NCBI GenBank assembly: GCA_028534125.1
Contig: CM052818.1
Coordinates: 10,232,001-10,296,000, forward strand
DNA length: 64,000 nucleotides
Reading direction: 5' to 3'
Source of the DNA: Lama glama
Lineage: Eukaryota
In this document: in pieces, positions 12,650 to 25,230 of the stretch
Layout: every line of letters begins with the position of its first letter
Numbering within the stretch: position 1 is the first letter of the stretch
Notes under the pieces: generated by a model
Told to the model about the DNA's origin: nothing
Databases searched by the model: none
Seen by the model: only the letters and a program-made list of their open reading frames with translations
Program-made: the position numbers and the translations under genes

Positions 12650-13541
12650 ATGAGGAGACAGAGAAATATGTTCCAAAGAAAACAACAAAACAAAACCCTA
12701 GAAAAAACCCTAATGAAACTGAGATAAGTAATCTACCTGAAAAGAGTTCAGAGTAATAGTCATAAAGATACTTACTGAACTTGTTTGAAGAATGGAGGAA
12801 CACAGTGAGAACTTCAACAAAGAGTTAGAAAATATAAGAGAGAACCAATCAGAGCTGAAGAATGCAATAACTGAAGTGAAAAATACACAAGAGCAAATCA
12901 ATGGCAGATTAGGTGATACAGAAGAATGGATCAATGACGTGGAAGACAAAATAGTGGAGATCACTCAATCAGAAAAGCAAAAGGAGAAAATAGTTTTAAA
13001 AAGTGAGGCTAGTTTAAGGGACCTCTGGGATGATAACATCAAGTGTACTAATGTTCTCATTATAGGGGTCTCAGAAGTAGAAGAGAAAGAAGAGGGGTTA
13101 GAAAACTAATTTGAAGAAATAATGGCTAAAAAATTCCCTAACCTGGATAAAGAAACAAAGATCTAGGTCTATGAAGTATAGAGAATCCCCCAAAAGATGA
13201 ACCCAGAGAGATCCACACCAAGACAAACCATAGTGAAAATGGCAAAGTTGAAGATAATGAAAGAATTTTAAAGGCAGCAAGAGAAAAACAACTAGTCACA
13301 TACCAGGGAACTCCCACAGTAGTATCAGCAGATTTTTTAGCAGAAACTTTGTAGGCCAGAAGAGAGTGGTGGGATATATTTTAAGTACTGAAAGGAAAAA
13401 ACTTAAAACCAAGAACACTCTACCTGACAAAGTTATCATTCAAATTGAAGGGGATATAAAGAGTTTCCCAGACAAGCAAAAATGAAAAGGGTTATTACCA
13501 CTAATCTGGCCTTACAAGAAATGTTAAAGGGTCTTCTTTAA
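12650..13541 (+). pseudogene. L1 ORF1p remnant
   Basis: ATG at 12650 (MRRQRNMFQ); coiled-coil peptide of ORF 12792..13109 (ENFNKELENI..LRDLWD..NVLIIGV); ends '..EMLKGLL*'. Disrupted. Confidence 0.9.
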
Positions 13542-16500
13542 GCAGAAAAGAAAAGGCCACAACTAGAAATGAGAAAATATATGAAAGAAAAAAATCTCAC
13601 TGGTAAAGGCAAATATATAGTAATAGCAGTGAATCAGTCACTTAAAAAGTTGGTATAAAGGTAAAAAGACAAAGTTAGTAAAACCAACTATAACTACAGT
13701 AAATAATTAAGGGATACACAAAATATAAAGAAGTAAAATGTGACATCAAAGACAAAATGTGTTTATGGGGGAAAGTAAAAATGTAGTGCTTTTAGATTGC
13801 ATCAGACTTAAGTGACTATCAGCTTAAAATGAACTGTTATATATATAGAGATTAATATATATGAAGCACAAACCAAAAACCTACACTAGATACACAAAGA
13901 GAAAGAAACCCAAACGTAACACTAAAGAAATTATCAAACCACATGGGAAGAGACCAAGAGAAGAAGAAAGGAACAGAGAAGAACTACAAAAACACCAGAA
14001 AACAATTAGCAAAATGGCAATAAGTACATATCTATCAATAATCACTTTAAATATAAATGGACTAGATGGTCCAATCAAAAGACAAATGGTGGCTGAATGG
14101 ATAAAAAAATAAGGCCCATATATTTATATACTTCCTACAGGAGACTCAGTTCAGATCTAAAGACACACATAGACTGGGGGACTTTAATACCCCACACTTA
14201 AGTGGATAGATAATCCCAACAGAAAATCAGTAAGGAAATATTGGCCTTAAATGAGACATTAGACCAGATGAACTTAATAGAGAGTAACAGAACATTCCAT
14301 CCCAAATGAGCAGAATAAACACTTTTCAAGTGCACATGGAACGCTCTCCAAGTAGATCACATGTTAGGCCCAAAACAAGCCTCAATGAATTTAAGAAGGT
14401 TGAAATCATATCGAGCATTTTTTCCAACCACAATGATATAAAAATAGAAACCAACTACAGGAAGAAAACAAAAAACTTGTAAACACGTGGTGACTGAAAA
14501 ACAACATGTTGCTAAATAACCAATGGGTCAACAAAGAAATCAAAGAGTAAATGAAAAAATACCTTGAGATGAATGAAAATGGAAACACAACTTCCAAAAA
14601 ATCTATGGGACACAGTAAAAGCAGTTCTAAGAAGGAAGTTCATAGAGATACAGACCTATCTGAAGAAACAAACAAATCTCAAATAGCTTAACTTTACAGC
14701 TAAAGGGACTAGGAAAAGAACAAGGCCAAAAGTTAGTAGAAGGAAGGAAATAATAGAGGTCATAGTAGAAGTAAATGAAATGCTGACTAAAAAAAAAAAA
14801 AAAAGTATCATTGAAACAAGAGCTTCTTCTTTGAAAAGATGAAAAAAATTGATAACCCTTTAGCCAGACTTGTCAAGAAAAAAAGAGAGACAGCCCAAAT
14901 AAGTAAATCAAAAATGAAAGAGGAAAAGTTACAAACTATACAACAGAAATACAAAGAATCATAAGAGACTTCTATAAACAATTATATGCCAACAGATTGG
15001 ACAAACTGGCAGAAATGGATAAATTCCTGGAAACATACAACCTTCCAAGATTGAGGCGGGAAGAAATAGAAAATTGAAACAAACCAATCCTAGTAACAAA
15101 ATTGAATCAGTAATAAAAAAAATCTCTCAACAAGGTAAAGTCCAGGACCAGATGACTTTATAGGTGAATTCTACCAAACATATAAAGAAGAGTTAACAAC
15201 TATCTTTCTCAAACTGTTCCAAAAAAATTGAAGAGGAAAGAATGCTTTTAAACTCATTCTATAAGGCCAGCATTACCCTGATACCAAAATTGGGCAAAGA
15301 AACTACAAAAAAAAAAATTACAGGCCAATATCCCTGATGAATATAGATACAAAAATCCTTAACAAAATATTAGCAAACCTAATTCAACAATACGTTAAGA
15401 CGATCATACACCATGATCAAGTAAGCTTTATTCCAAGGATGCAAGGATGGTTCAACATCTGCAAATCAATCAATGAAGCATAAAAATCATATCATTCAAT
15501 AAATGTGTAAAAGCACTTGACAAAATTCAACATCCATTTGTGATAAAAACTTTCAACAAACTGGGTACAGAGGGAACATTGCTCAATATAATATAGGCTG
15601 TATATGACAAACCCACAGTTAACATTATAGTCAATGGTGAAAGGCTGAAAACTCTTCCTCTAAGATCAAGAACAAGACAAGGAGGCCCACTATCACCACA
15701 TTTACTCAACATAGTATTGGGAGTCCTAGTCACAGCAATAAGACAAGGAAAAGAAAGAAAAGGCCATTCAAATTGGAAGGGAAGAAGTAGAACTGTTCCT
15801 ATTTGCAGATGACATGATACTATATGAAGAAAAGCCTTAGGACTCCACCAAAAACTGCTAAAACTAATAAATGAATTCAGTAAAGTCGCAGGATGCAAAA
15901 GTAAAAAACAGAAATCTGTTGCATTTCTATACACCAATAATAAACTATCAGAAATAGAAATTAAAAATATTCCACATACAATTACATCAAAAAATTTAAA
16001 AAACTAGAACTAAATCTCACCAAAGAAATGAAAGACCTGTACTCTGAAAACTATGACATTGATGAAAGAAGTCAAAGGCAACACAAATAAATGGAAAGAT
16101 ATACCATGCTCATGGTTTGGAAGAATTAATATTGTTAAAATATCCATACTGTACAAAGCAATCTACAGATTCAGTGCAATCCCTCTTAAAGTACCCATGG
16201 TATTTTTCACAGAACTAGAACAAATAATCTTAAAATTTGTATGAAACCACAAAAGACCCCAAATAACCAAAGCAATCTTGAGAAAGAAGAACAAAGCTTG
16301 AGGTATACTTCCTGATCTCAAACCGTGCTACAGAGCTATGGTAATCAAAATAGTATCGTACTGGCACAAAAACAGACACATAGATCAATGGAATAGAATA
16401 GAGAACCCAGAAGTAAACCCACATTTATATGGTCAATTAATTTACAACAAAGAAGGTAGGAACATAAAATGAGGAAAAGATAGTATTCAATAAATGCTGT

Positions 16501-16661
16501 TAGGAAAACTGGACAGCTATATGTAAATGAATAGAAATAGCTCACTTTCTCACACCATATACAAAAATAAACTCAAAATGGATTAAAGACTTAAATGTAA
16601 GATCTGAAACCATTAAACTCCTAGAAGAAAACATAGGCAGTTAGCTCTTTGACATTGGTTT

Positions 16662-16665
<4 letters not shown>

Positions 16666-16718
<53 letters not shown>

Positions 16719-16788
16719 CATATAAACATATGTGTATATATATATATTAAATATAAATATATATATATATATATATTACATACATATG
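16666..16788. repeat. (TA)n microsatellite, compound
   Basis: Directly visible; lies inside L1 ORF2. Confidence 0.95.
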
Positions 16789-17471
16789 ATCTGTCTTCTC
16801 AGGCTAGGGTAACAAAAACAAAAATGAACAAATAGGACTATGTCAAACTAAAAAGCTTTTGCAAATGAAGGAAACCATCAACAAAATTAAAAGATAACCT
16901 ACTGAATGGGAGACAATATTTGCAAATGTTATATCCAATAAAGGTTAGTATCCAAAGTAGATAAAGAACTCATACAACTTAATATCAAAAACAAACAAAT
17001 AAACAATCTGATTAAAAATTGAGCAGAGGACCTGAACAGATGTTTCTCCAAAGACATATGGATGGCCAATAGGCACATGAATTCATGCTCAACATCACTA
17101 GTCATTAGGGAAATGCAAATGAAAACCACAATGAGATACCACCTCACATCTGTCAGAAATGGCTATGATCAAAAACACAAGAAGAAACAAGTGTTGGCAA
17201 TGATGCAGAGGAAAGGGAACCCTCATGCGCTATAGGTGGGAATGTTAATTAATGCAATCACTATGGAAAGTAGTATGGAAGTTCCTCAAAAAATTAAAAT
17301 AGAACTTAGATATAATCAAGCAATTCCACTTCTGGATATTTATCCAAAGAAAATGAAAATAATAATTTGAAAAGATTTATGCACCCCGAGGTTCATTGCA
17401 GCATTATTTGCAATAGCCAAGATATGGAACAACCTAAATGTCCATCAATATATGAATGGATAAAGAAAATG

Positions 17472-17475
<4 letters not shown>

Positions 17476-17510
<35 letters not shown>
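17476..17510. repeat. (AC)n microsatellite
   Basis: Directly visible; about 17 perfect units. Confidence 0.97.
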
Positions 17511-17513
<3 letters not shown>

Positions 17514-19104
17514 GAATATTACTCAGCCATAAAAGAGAATGAAATCTTGTCTTTTGTGACATCATGGGTGGACCTAGAGGGTATTATGCTAAGTGAAATA
17601 AGTCAGAGACCGACAAATATTGTATGATTTCACTTATGTGTGGAACCTAAAGAAACAAAACAAATGAACAAATATAACAAAACAGAAATAGCTCATAGAT
17701 ACAGAAAACAAACTGGTGGTTGCCAGAAGGGAGGAGGTGGGGGGATAAATGAAATAGGTGAAAAGGTACAAAATTCCTGTTATAAAATAAGTATGTCTTG
17801 GGGATGTAATGTATAGCATTGTGAATATAATCTATAATATTGTAATAACTTTAGTGACAAATAGTAACTAGAATTAATGTGATCATTTTGTAATATATAA
17901 ATGTATCATAACTATATTGTACACCTGAAACTAATGTTGTAAGTCAATTATACTTTGATAAAAAAGTATTTAAATTTTGAAATATTTCAATATTTTCTGT
18001 TATCTTTTGGTAATTGGTAATTAACTAATTTCTATTGTAATCAGAATATTATTTTGATACTTTGATATGATTTTGAGCCTTTGATAAATTTTTCAGATTT
18101 GTTTTATGTTGCACCATGTAGTCTTTCTTGGTGAGTATTTTAGGTGCACTTGGAAATTAATGAATATTTGTAGTTTTGGGGAACAGTGTTTTATAAATAT
18201 CAATTATATCATACTGTTTAAAAGTGATATTCAACTCCTATATCTTTACTGAATTTTTTGGTTTATTTTTTATATTAGTAACTGAGAGAAGGGTATTAAA
18301 ATCTTTACCTATAAATGTGTACTTTATCTTTTCTCTTTAGTTCTGTTAATTAGTGTGTTGTGAATTTAAACCCTGTTGTGAGTGTATAGACATTTGGGAT
18401 TATTAAGTGTTCCTGGTGAATTGACCCCATTTATAGTTATGAAATACTCTCTTTATCTCTGTTAATACATTTTGTCTTAAATCCACTTTGTCTGATTTTA
18501 GCACACTAGTTTTCTTATGCTTAATGTTTACAGAGAATATCTTTTTCTACTCTTCCTTTCAGTCTATCTGTGTCTTTATATTTAACATGTTACTTTAAAA
18601 TAACATATAGGTAAGCCTTACATTTTTATCCAGTCTGACAATTTATGCGTTACAGTTGGTGTGTTCAATCTATTTATATTTAATGTAACTAAATGTATGA
18701 TTGAGTTTAAGTCTACCATTTTGGTATTTCCACCATATGTTCTTTGTTTCTTGCTTCTTTTTTTTCTGTATTCTTTTGGATGAATCAAGTATTTTTTAGT
18801 TTTCTGTTTCATCTTCTCTATTGGCTTTTTAGCTACATTTTTTATGTAATTTTTACAAAATATGCTCTTTAGAAATTAAACTATGTATCTTTAAATGATC
18901 ACAATCTACCTTAAAATACATTTATACATTATGAACAATGCAAGAGCCTTATAGCAGTGATCTGTTTACCTGCTTTTTGCCCTTTATACTTTTATTTTCC
19001 CACGTTTTACTTCTATTATGCTATAAATCCCATAGTTTATTATTATTATTAATGTTATTATTTATAGTGTTTTAAAAAGTCAGTAGCTTTTTTTTTTACA
19101 GAGG

Positions 19105-19107
19105 TGC

Positions 19108-19138
<31 letters not shown>

Positions 19139-19340
19139 ATACATATGGAAGTGTATATATAACTTATATCTATCTAGAGAAGTATCTGTATCTCTATATA
19201 CTTACATATATAAGTATATAGATAGATCTCTTTTTGCATATAGAGACACACATACACATACATACATATACAGAAAAAGATGTATTATACACATACATAA
19301 ATATATATATATATAAAAGTAAATAAAAAATGTATATGTA
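19105..19340. repeat. Degenerate (TA)/(GA)/(CA) low-complexity tract
   Basis: Directly visible. Confidence 0.85.
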
Positions 19341-19363
19341 AAACATTTTGAGGGGGACATTTC

Positions 19364-19672
19364 TTATAGTACTGGTGTGCTGGAGACAAATTCTGTTTTT
19401 GTCTGTCTCAGAACGTCTATATGTTGCCTCTGTTTTTGCAGCATATGAAACAATAAGTTGATAGGGGTTTTTTTTTCCCCTTTTTTCCTTTCAGCACTAT
19501 GAAGAAGTTGTTCCAGTTTTCTGGCCTCATTCTCATTGTTGTTCCCTGTAAGTAATGTATCTTTTTTCCTCTGGCTACTTTTATGAAATTTCTCTTTGTC
19601 TTTGAGCCTTAGCAGTTTAACTATGACATGTCTAGGTGTGATTTTCTTTGCATTTATCCTTCTTGGAATCAT
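19364..19672 (-). pseudogene. ORF1p remnant of the ancient L1
   Basis: IPRRINAKKITPRHVIVKLLRLKDKEK matches the L1 ORF1 RRM/CTD junction (TPRHIIVK motif). Confidence 0.8.
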
Positions 19673-19931
19673 TGAGCTTCTTGGATCAATGGGTTTATTT
19701 TGGAAAGTACTTGGCTGTTATTTCTTTAAAAAATAATAAAAAATATATTTACCCTATTATCTTTCTCTTTTCTTTCTACAATTCCAATTACATGTATTCT
19801 AGACCATTTGTTATTATTCCACAGTTCTTTTTTCTTTTTTCTCCTTATTTTACTCCTTGTTTTTGTTTTGGATAATTTCTGTTGATTTACCTTCAAGTGC
19901 ATTAATCTGTTCCTCTGCTATATCAAGGTTT

Positions 19932-20072
19932 TAAATAATATTTTATTTCATTTTTTTGAGAGGGGAGCAATTGAGTTTATTTATTTATTTACTTAATGGA
20001 AGTACTGGGAATTGAACCCAGGACCTTGTATATGCTAAGCATGCACTCTACCAATTGAACTATGCCCTCCCT
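19932..20072 (-). mobile_element. tRNA-Ala-derived SINE (camelid Vic-type)
   Basis: Reverse complement reads gggagggcatagttcaattggtagagtgcatgcttagcat..cctgggttcaattcccagtacttcc plus an (AAAT)n tail; TSD-like ctatatcaaggttt (19918-19931) / ctacatcaagttt (20073-20085). Confidence 0.9.
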
Positions 20073-21559
20073 CTACATCAAGTTTGATGCTGAATCCATT
20101 AAATAAATTCATTTTTGATATCATATTTTTCATTTCTTTTATTTTCATTTAGGTCTTTTTATAGTTTCCTTTTTGCTTCTGAAATTGCTAATCTGTTCAT
20201 GCATACATTTTTTTCCACTAACTTCTTTAAAATATTTATCATTGTTATTTTAAAGTCCCTACCTGGGCCATCTCTGGATCTGATGCAATTGACTGTTTTC
20301 TCTTGGGTAACATTTTCTTGCTTCTTTGCACCTTTTATATATCTTGATGTATGGGGCATTTTGTGTAGAGTAACAGTAGAGACTAAGTAACTAATAGTTA
20401 CCTCCAGAAAAAGGGATCATCTTTTTTTTCTGATGGCATGTGCTGGGGGATGAGTCAGTCTCATCTGTAGTTCAGCTGAGTCCAGGCTTGATTGCAGCTG
20501 AAGCTAGATTAATTTTGCCACTGCCTTAAAACAGTTTTGAGGAAAGAATCAAGACTCTGTTTGTCATCTGAGCACCGGTGAGATTTCAGAAATATTTTAT
20601 GATTTAGAAATGAAAAATATAAATATGGAGAGTATTCTCTTTGCTTTCCAGTTTTACCTCCAGCTTTCTGTGTCCTGAGAATTCTCTCTCCACCCAGATG
20701 TCCCAACCACATCTTTTGGAGAATGTCTGCAGTGTATTTGCTAGAGGCCCAGAGTGCCTCAGGGACTTCTCTCAGGTCTCCTGCCGCACCCTCAGCTTCA
20801 GCCTTGCACTTGGTGAAGGCCCTGGGTACCTCATGAGGATCTGTCTCAGCCTTCTTGACCTATGCACCAGCCTTCAGCATACTACCTCTGGGTCTAGAGG
20901 AGAGCAATGGGAGTGCATTGGTGGGTAGGTGCAGATTCACAGTCTGGCTGGGGTCCTCAGGGTCGTAATCTTTTGTGCCAACCCACTCATTACTGTAAGT
21001 TTGTCATGCCAACCCCTCACCGCTTTAAGTTTGTCAAAAGTTTGGCGGTTTCTCCTTACCCTCATCCATGTCAGATTCCTCTTTCTGTTTCTTTACCAGT
21101 GATGAAAACATCATGGCTCTCTTCTTGCCGGGAAGGAATCATTACTTTCTGAAATTGAGTTCATTTTCCCTTCTTTGCGTCTTCAGCTCTCTGATGGTTT
21201 TTAAACAACTGTGATTTGTGGCTTATCTGTCGTGTTCATTGTTAGTGTGGTAGCGACAATCCCTTGTGATTTTCTGCATCCTAACTGGAAATGGAGCACA
21301 GTTCTTTCCATTTTAGTTACTTTCTATGTCCAGGACCTAGATACCTGTCCATGCAGCTGGAATAGGGAAACTTTGAGTGACTCCAACTCAAAATCCCTAT
21401 CCTTTTCTGTGTCAAAGGCTTTCAGTTGGGTGAAGCTCATAATTTTTAACTCTTTAACTCAGGAGGAGCTGTCCCCCAAGAGACTCTTCAGACCTCATTA
21501 AATGGGTTTCTGTTGGGCCTACCCCATCAGAGTAACAGATAATTGCCTCTCACCATGCG

Positions 21560-21592
21560 AGGTTGGTGACAGGTTGGTGACAGGTTGTTGAC
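21560..21592. repeat. 11-bp tandem repeat x3 (aggttggtgac)
   Basis: Two perfect units and one unit with a single mismatch. Confidence 0.9.
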
Positions 21593-21649
21593 ATCAAGGC
21601 CTACAGCCATAAGAGAGACCTCAGGGTAGGGGGTTAGAGTAGGAAATTC

Positions 21650-21835
21650 ATACCTACTAGCATTTACTTGGTATCTACTTTGAGTCACGCTTTTTCGCAG
21701 TTAGTTCTTGTGGTTTCCTCCTGAGAGAGAGATTTTCACTTTACATGTAGGGAACCTGAGATTCAAAGAGGTTATACAAATTGCCTAAGTGGCAGAGCTG
21801 GAATTTGAACTCACAGCTGGCTTATTCTGAAATCA
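21650..21835 (-). mobile_element. MIR
   Basis: 'ttcactttacatgtagggaacctgagattcaaagaggtta..gtggcagagctggaatttgaactca'. Confidence 0.7.
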
Positions 21836-22554
21836 AGGCTTTTTTTTTTTTTTTAATCAGCATGGAGGAAGGGACAACAGAAGATGGGATGGGCAGACCG
21901 CTCCTGCAAATGCTGGGCACGGCATTAGCCCCAGCAGTAGGGCTCTAGTGTCTGAGACCAGGCATTTGCCGTAAGGACCCCGCCACAATCAAACCTTGTA
22001 TTTGCTGGGTGACCTTGAGCAGTTCATTTAATTTTTTTGGAACATCTGTATTTTTCTGAAACTCTGAGTTTCCCTAACTCCTTTGGGAAATTTGGAGCAA
22101 CTCTTCCAGGGGTCCTGTTTTCATCAGGCCTCTCTCCCAACAACTGGATTTGTAGGAAGGAAAGGAGAGAAAACAGCAGCCTCACACCCACCCCAGCCCC
22201 CAACCATCCCAATCTACACAAGCCTTCTCTCCATGCTAGAGGCCACTTCATACTCGGCCTCTTCTCCCTGGCACAGTGGCAAACGCAGAAAAAGCCAAAG
22301 TGTAATTAGTTAATAGCAGAGCTCCTCTGTTAATGGAAAGGGCATTTCAAACTTACTTATGCAAGCTGATACTGGGGGATTTGTCAGAAACCATCAATAG
22401 GATGCAACAGAGAGGACTCACAGGTCACTTGTCAAGTGGGGACAAAGCTTGCTTGTTTAAGCTTGGAGACCTAGAATGGCTCTCTGGACCACTGGCTCAC
22501 TTGGAAGTAAAAGTACTTGGAGAAGCTGGAGACCCCTCTTCTGAACAATAGTAA

Positions 22555-22790
22555 TAGCCTCCCCCTAATAATAGCCGTGTATCAGGACTGTGCTGCATAC
22601 CCATCAAGAATTACATCAGCTTTTCTTCTCTGCAACCTGATGAAGTAGCTGCTATTACTATTCTCATTTTATAGTTGAGGAACTTAAAACTTAGCGAGCC
22701 AAGTAACCTGACTAAGTTCAAGCACGTGGCCAGTGGTGGGCCTGGGATTTGAACCTGAGACTGCCTGAATTCTAGGTGGTTCACCACTTT
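22555..22790 (-). mobile_element. MIR
   Basis: 'attctcattttatagttgaggaacttaaaacttag..ctgggatttgaacctgagactgcctga'. Confidence 0.75.
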
Positions 22791-22869
22791 GCATGGAGCC
22801 TCCCCACTCAGCAGTTGGGCACTCTAAAACCTGAATTACTAATAGAAGATGACATTTGGACCTTTTTAA

Positions 22870-23260
22870 GTCTGATGATTGGTCATAATAACTCTTTTCT
22901 CCTCTTCCTGGGCTCATAACCACAGTGCATTTCTCAGACTCCTTTGCAGTTCGGTTAGTCATGTGACTGAGTGTGAGCAGAAATCCCCATCCCCACTCCC
23001 CTGGCCGTCCTGTGCACAAAATTGATCATCATGCTCTTTTCTCCTTCAGGCTGGCTGGAGTGGAATTGATTCTCAGGGCTGTCTTGTTAGCCATGTGATA
23101 AAGATGGTAGACCCACAAGTTAGAAAGAGTCTGGGGTCCCTGATTCACCATTTGGAGACCATTCCTATCGGGAATACGAGTGTCAGACTCTTTTATTGTG
23201 TTAATCCACTTAGATGTGAAGGTTTATCAGATGAAGTAACCAGTGTTACCTTAGGAAATA
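22870..23260 (+). mobile_element. MLT1 (MaLR) solo LTR, old subfamily
   Basis: 'catttctcagactcctttgcagtt..gtcatgtgactgag', 'gggtccctgattcacca' and 'cttttattgtgttaatccacttagat' are MLT1H-J-type motifs. Confidence 0.75.
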
Positions 23261-23369
23261 TAAGGAAGGGGTTGCAAAGCCATCGAGGAACTAAGAGAGT
23301 ACACCTTGATCCTGTCTTTAATTTCCGTGAGTAACCTGCCTAGCATGGTGTTCTTTGTTGCATACAGAG

Positions 23370-23980
23370 TTAGGCTTGGGTGCAGACTTCACTGTGGATT
23401 ATCTGGGAGACCTTGAGCAATTCATTTAATTTTTCTGAACAATACTATTTTTTTTGAAAATAAGAATAACGTTTGCATCATTCTGTATGAATTTAATTCA
23501 TTCAGAAATTTTATTGGGCACTTAATATATGCCAGTGGTTATTCTAGGTGTGGAAGAAAGATAAAAGATAAAATCCTTGCCTTTACTGAACTTACATCCT
23601 GGTGGTGGTGGTGGGGTAGGGAACTAGACAGTAAATTAATAAGTAAGTATGTAATATGGTGATCAGTGATTTGGAAAACTTGTAAAGCAGTAAGGGGGAA
23701 TGAGAATACCTGGAGTAAGGGGGTTTTAGGGGCAGGTGGTCAGAGAAGGTGCTTGTAATTAAGGATACTTTAGCAGAGACCTCAAGATAGTAAGGGAGTA
23801 AGCCTTGCAGGTATCTGAGCAAAGAGTGCTGTAGGCAGAAGGACTAGTGAATATGAAGACCTGAGGATGGAGAGTGCTCAGCATGTGGAGGAGCCATGAG
23901 TTGGTTGGTATAGCTGAATGGTGAGGGCGAGGGATTGGTGTGACACTGTTGGAAAAAGCATCAGGCATGGGACCTTTCAA
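23370..23980. mobile_element. MIR fragment (+) followed by L2 3' region (-)
   Basis: MIR 'gaccttgagcaattcatttaatttttctgaac'; L2 'ttcattcagaaattttattgggcacttaatatatgccag' and 'gtaagggagtaagccttgcaggtatctg'. Confidence 0.8.
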
Positions 23981-24652
23981 TAAATGTTAGAATCCTTCCT
24001 TCCTCTATAATGGCTTTGTAGTCACCCTAGGAAGTCTTCATTGCAAAAACAAACAAATAAATAAAAATGGAAGCAAGTCAAATACAAATTTCCTTTATAG
24101 ACTGGGCTGATGCTTGGAATTTCACCAGGAAATCTTGTTCTTTTAGTCCAAAGGCTTTGATTCCTGTGTCATGTGAATACTTCTGGCAAAGGATAATATT
24201 CTAAGCTATTTTTAGTTGTTATGCTTCCAAGTGGTTGATGGCAAGTTTGACTGAGTTTGGTGGGAGAGAGGGATTTGAGACAGAAGGTAACTGGGAGTCT
24301 AGAAAGGAATGAAGTAAAGATTTAGCAAGGACTTGGGAAGAGAGGGAAAGGGAGATCACTGAAGCTTAACTTAGCCAAAGGTCACATTTTGAAGCTCTTC
24401 TGTGTTACACAGCTTCAGGTGGGTGTCAAAGGAACTTACATCTGCACAAATCACTGATTCAAAGGAAGGATTGCCTTTGTTTATAAGATTGCCTTGCATT
24501 GAAATAATTAGTTCCCTATATCCCCAGTAAGGGTTGACTCCTTTCCTCTACCCTTTCACCAGCAGAAGAGAGCACCCCCACAGAGCATAGACAAGTGTCA
24601 AAGGGTTGTGTGCCCCTAGGCTATTGTCCCCCTCGGCTTCTGAAATGCTCAT

Positions 24653-25230
24653 TGTTAGTGTACTTGGTTGCAGACAACAGAAACCACTCTGACTGTTTCA
24701 AGAAGAAAATGGATTTATTAAATGATATTTTGTTCCCCCACCCCAACCCCCCTGAAATCATTGGGAGTTGAGGCAGAAGCAGATTCAAGGTTCAGCAGAT
24801 TCCAGGAAAAATGCCCCAACCACACTGTAAAATTAGTCTGAAGATGAAACCACCATTGCACCTGTTGAGAACTCAGTGCAAGGAACCCATCATCTCTACT
24901 GCATGCCCTGCTGTCTCTAGCATTAGGGCAACTTCTGTGTCTAGAACTGGACCTGGTGCCCTAAGGCCTGATGCTCTGCTGCTACTGGGGTTAGCTGAAG
25001 AGACTCCCTTGACAGAACCTAGTTCCTTGTGTTGCTGACTTCCTCATTTCTAGAACATCATCTTATGTGGATGTGTATAATGACAGAGCTAGGTCACAGG
25101 CCTGCATCTCAGTTTAAAAAGAAGCTGGGAGTTTGAATTGTGACCACATTGTGGAGGCAGGACTGATATCATGGGAATTTCTTCAAATATAGAAAGGATT
25201 GGTAAAGATATGACCAGTGGTGTCTGCAGG
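24653..25230 (-). mobile_element. Old MLT1-type LTR
   Basis: Begins 'tgttagtgtacttggttgcagacaacagaaaccactctgactg..ggatttatt', typical of reverse MLT1K-O; later 'gagctaggtcacaggcctgcatc'. Confidence 0.6.

Larger units (their letters stand above)
14014..17650 (+). pseudogene. L1 ORF2p remnant (EN-RT-CCHC)
   Basis: MAISTYLSIITLNINGL start; GDFNTP, SPGPD and LFADDMILY (RT, ~15800); [15 protein letters not shown]. Disrupted. Confidence 0.93.
11945..17966 (+). mobile_element. Near full-length decayed L1 (L1MA9-like 3' end), ~6 kb
   Basis: 5' end 'ggttcaagatggccacataggaagatcctgagctcac', then ORF1 and ORF2 remnants in order, and 3' end 'tgtacacctgaaactaatgttgtaagtcaattatactttgataaaaaa'. Many stops and indels. 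Confidence 0.95.
9120..21297 (-). mobile_element. Ancient L1M (5' UTR, ORF1, much of ORF2) fragmented by younger insertions
   Basis: Collinear reverse pieces: ORF2 at 9120-9590, 11406-11940 and 17966-18900 (ORF 18618..18812 gives the ORF2 N-terminus VTLNINRLNTP..LSDWIK); ORF1 at ~19360-20350; 5'-UTR-like sequence ending 'ttttctgcatcctaactggaa'. Confidence 0.75.

Noticed and set aside
11945..17966. Potentially active full-length L1
   Set aside because: Both ORFs carry many stops and frameshifts, an endonuclease deletion and a (TA)n insertion.
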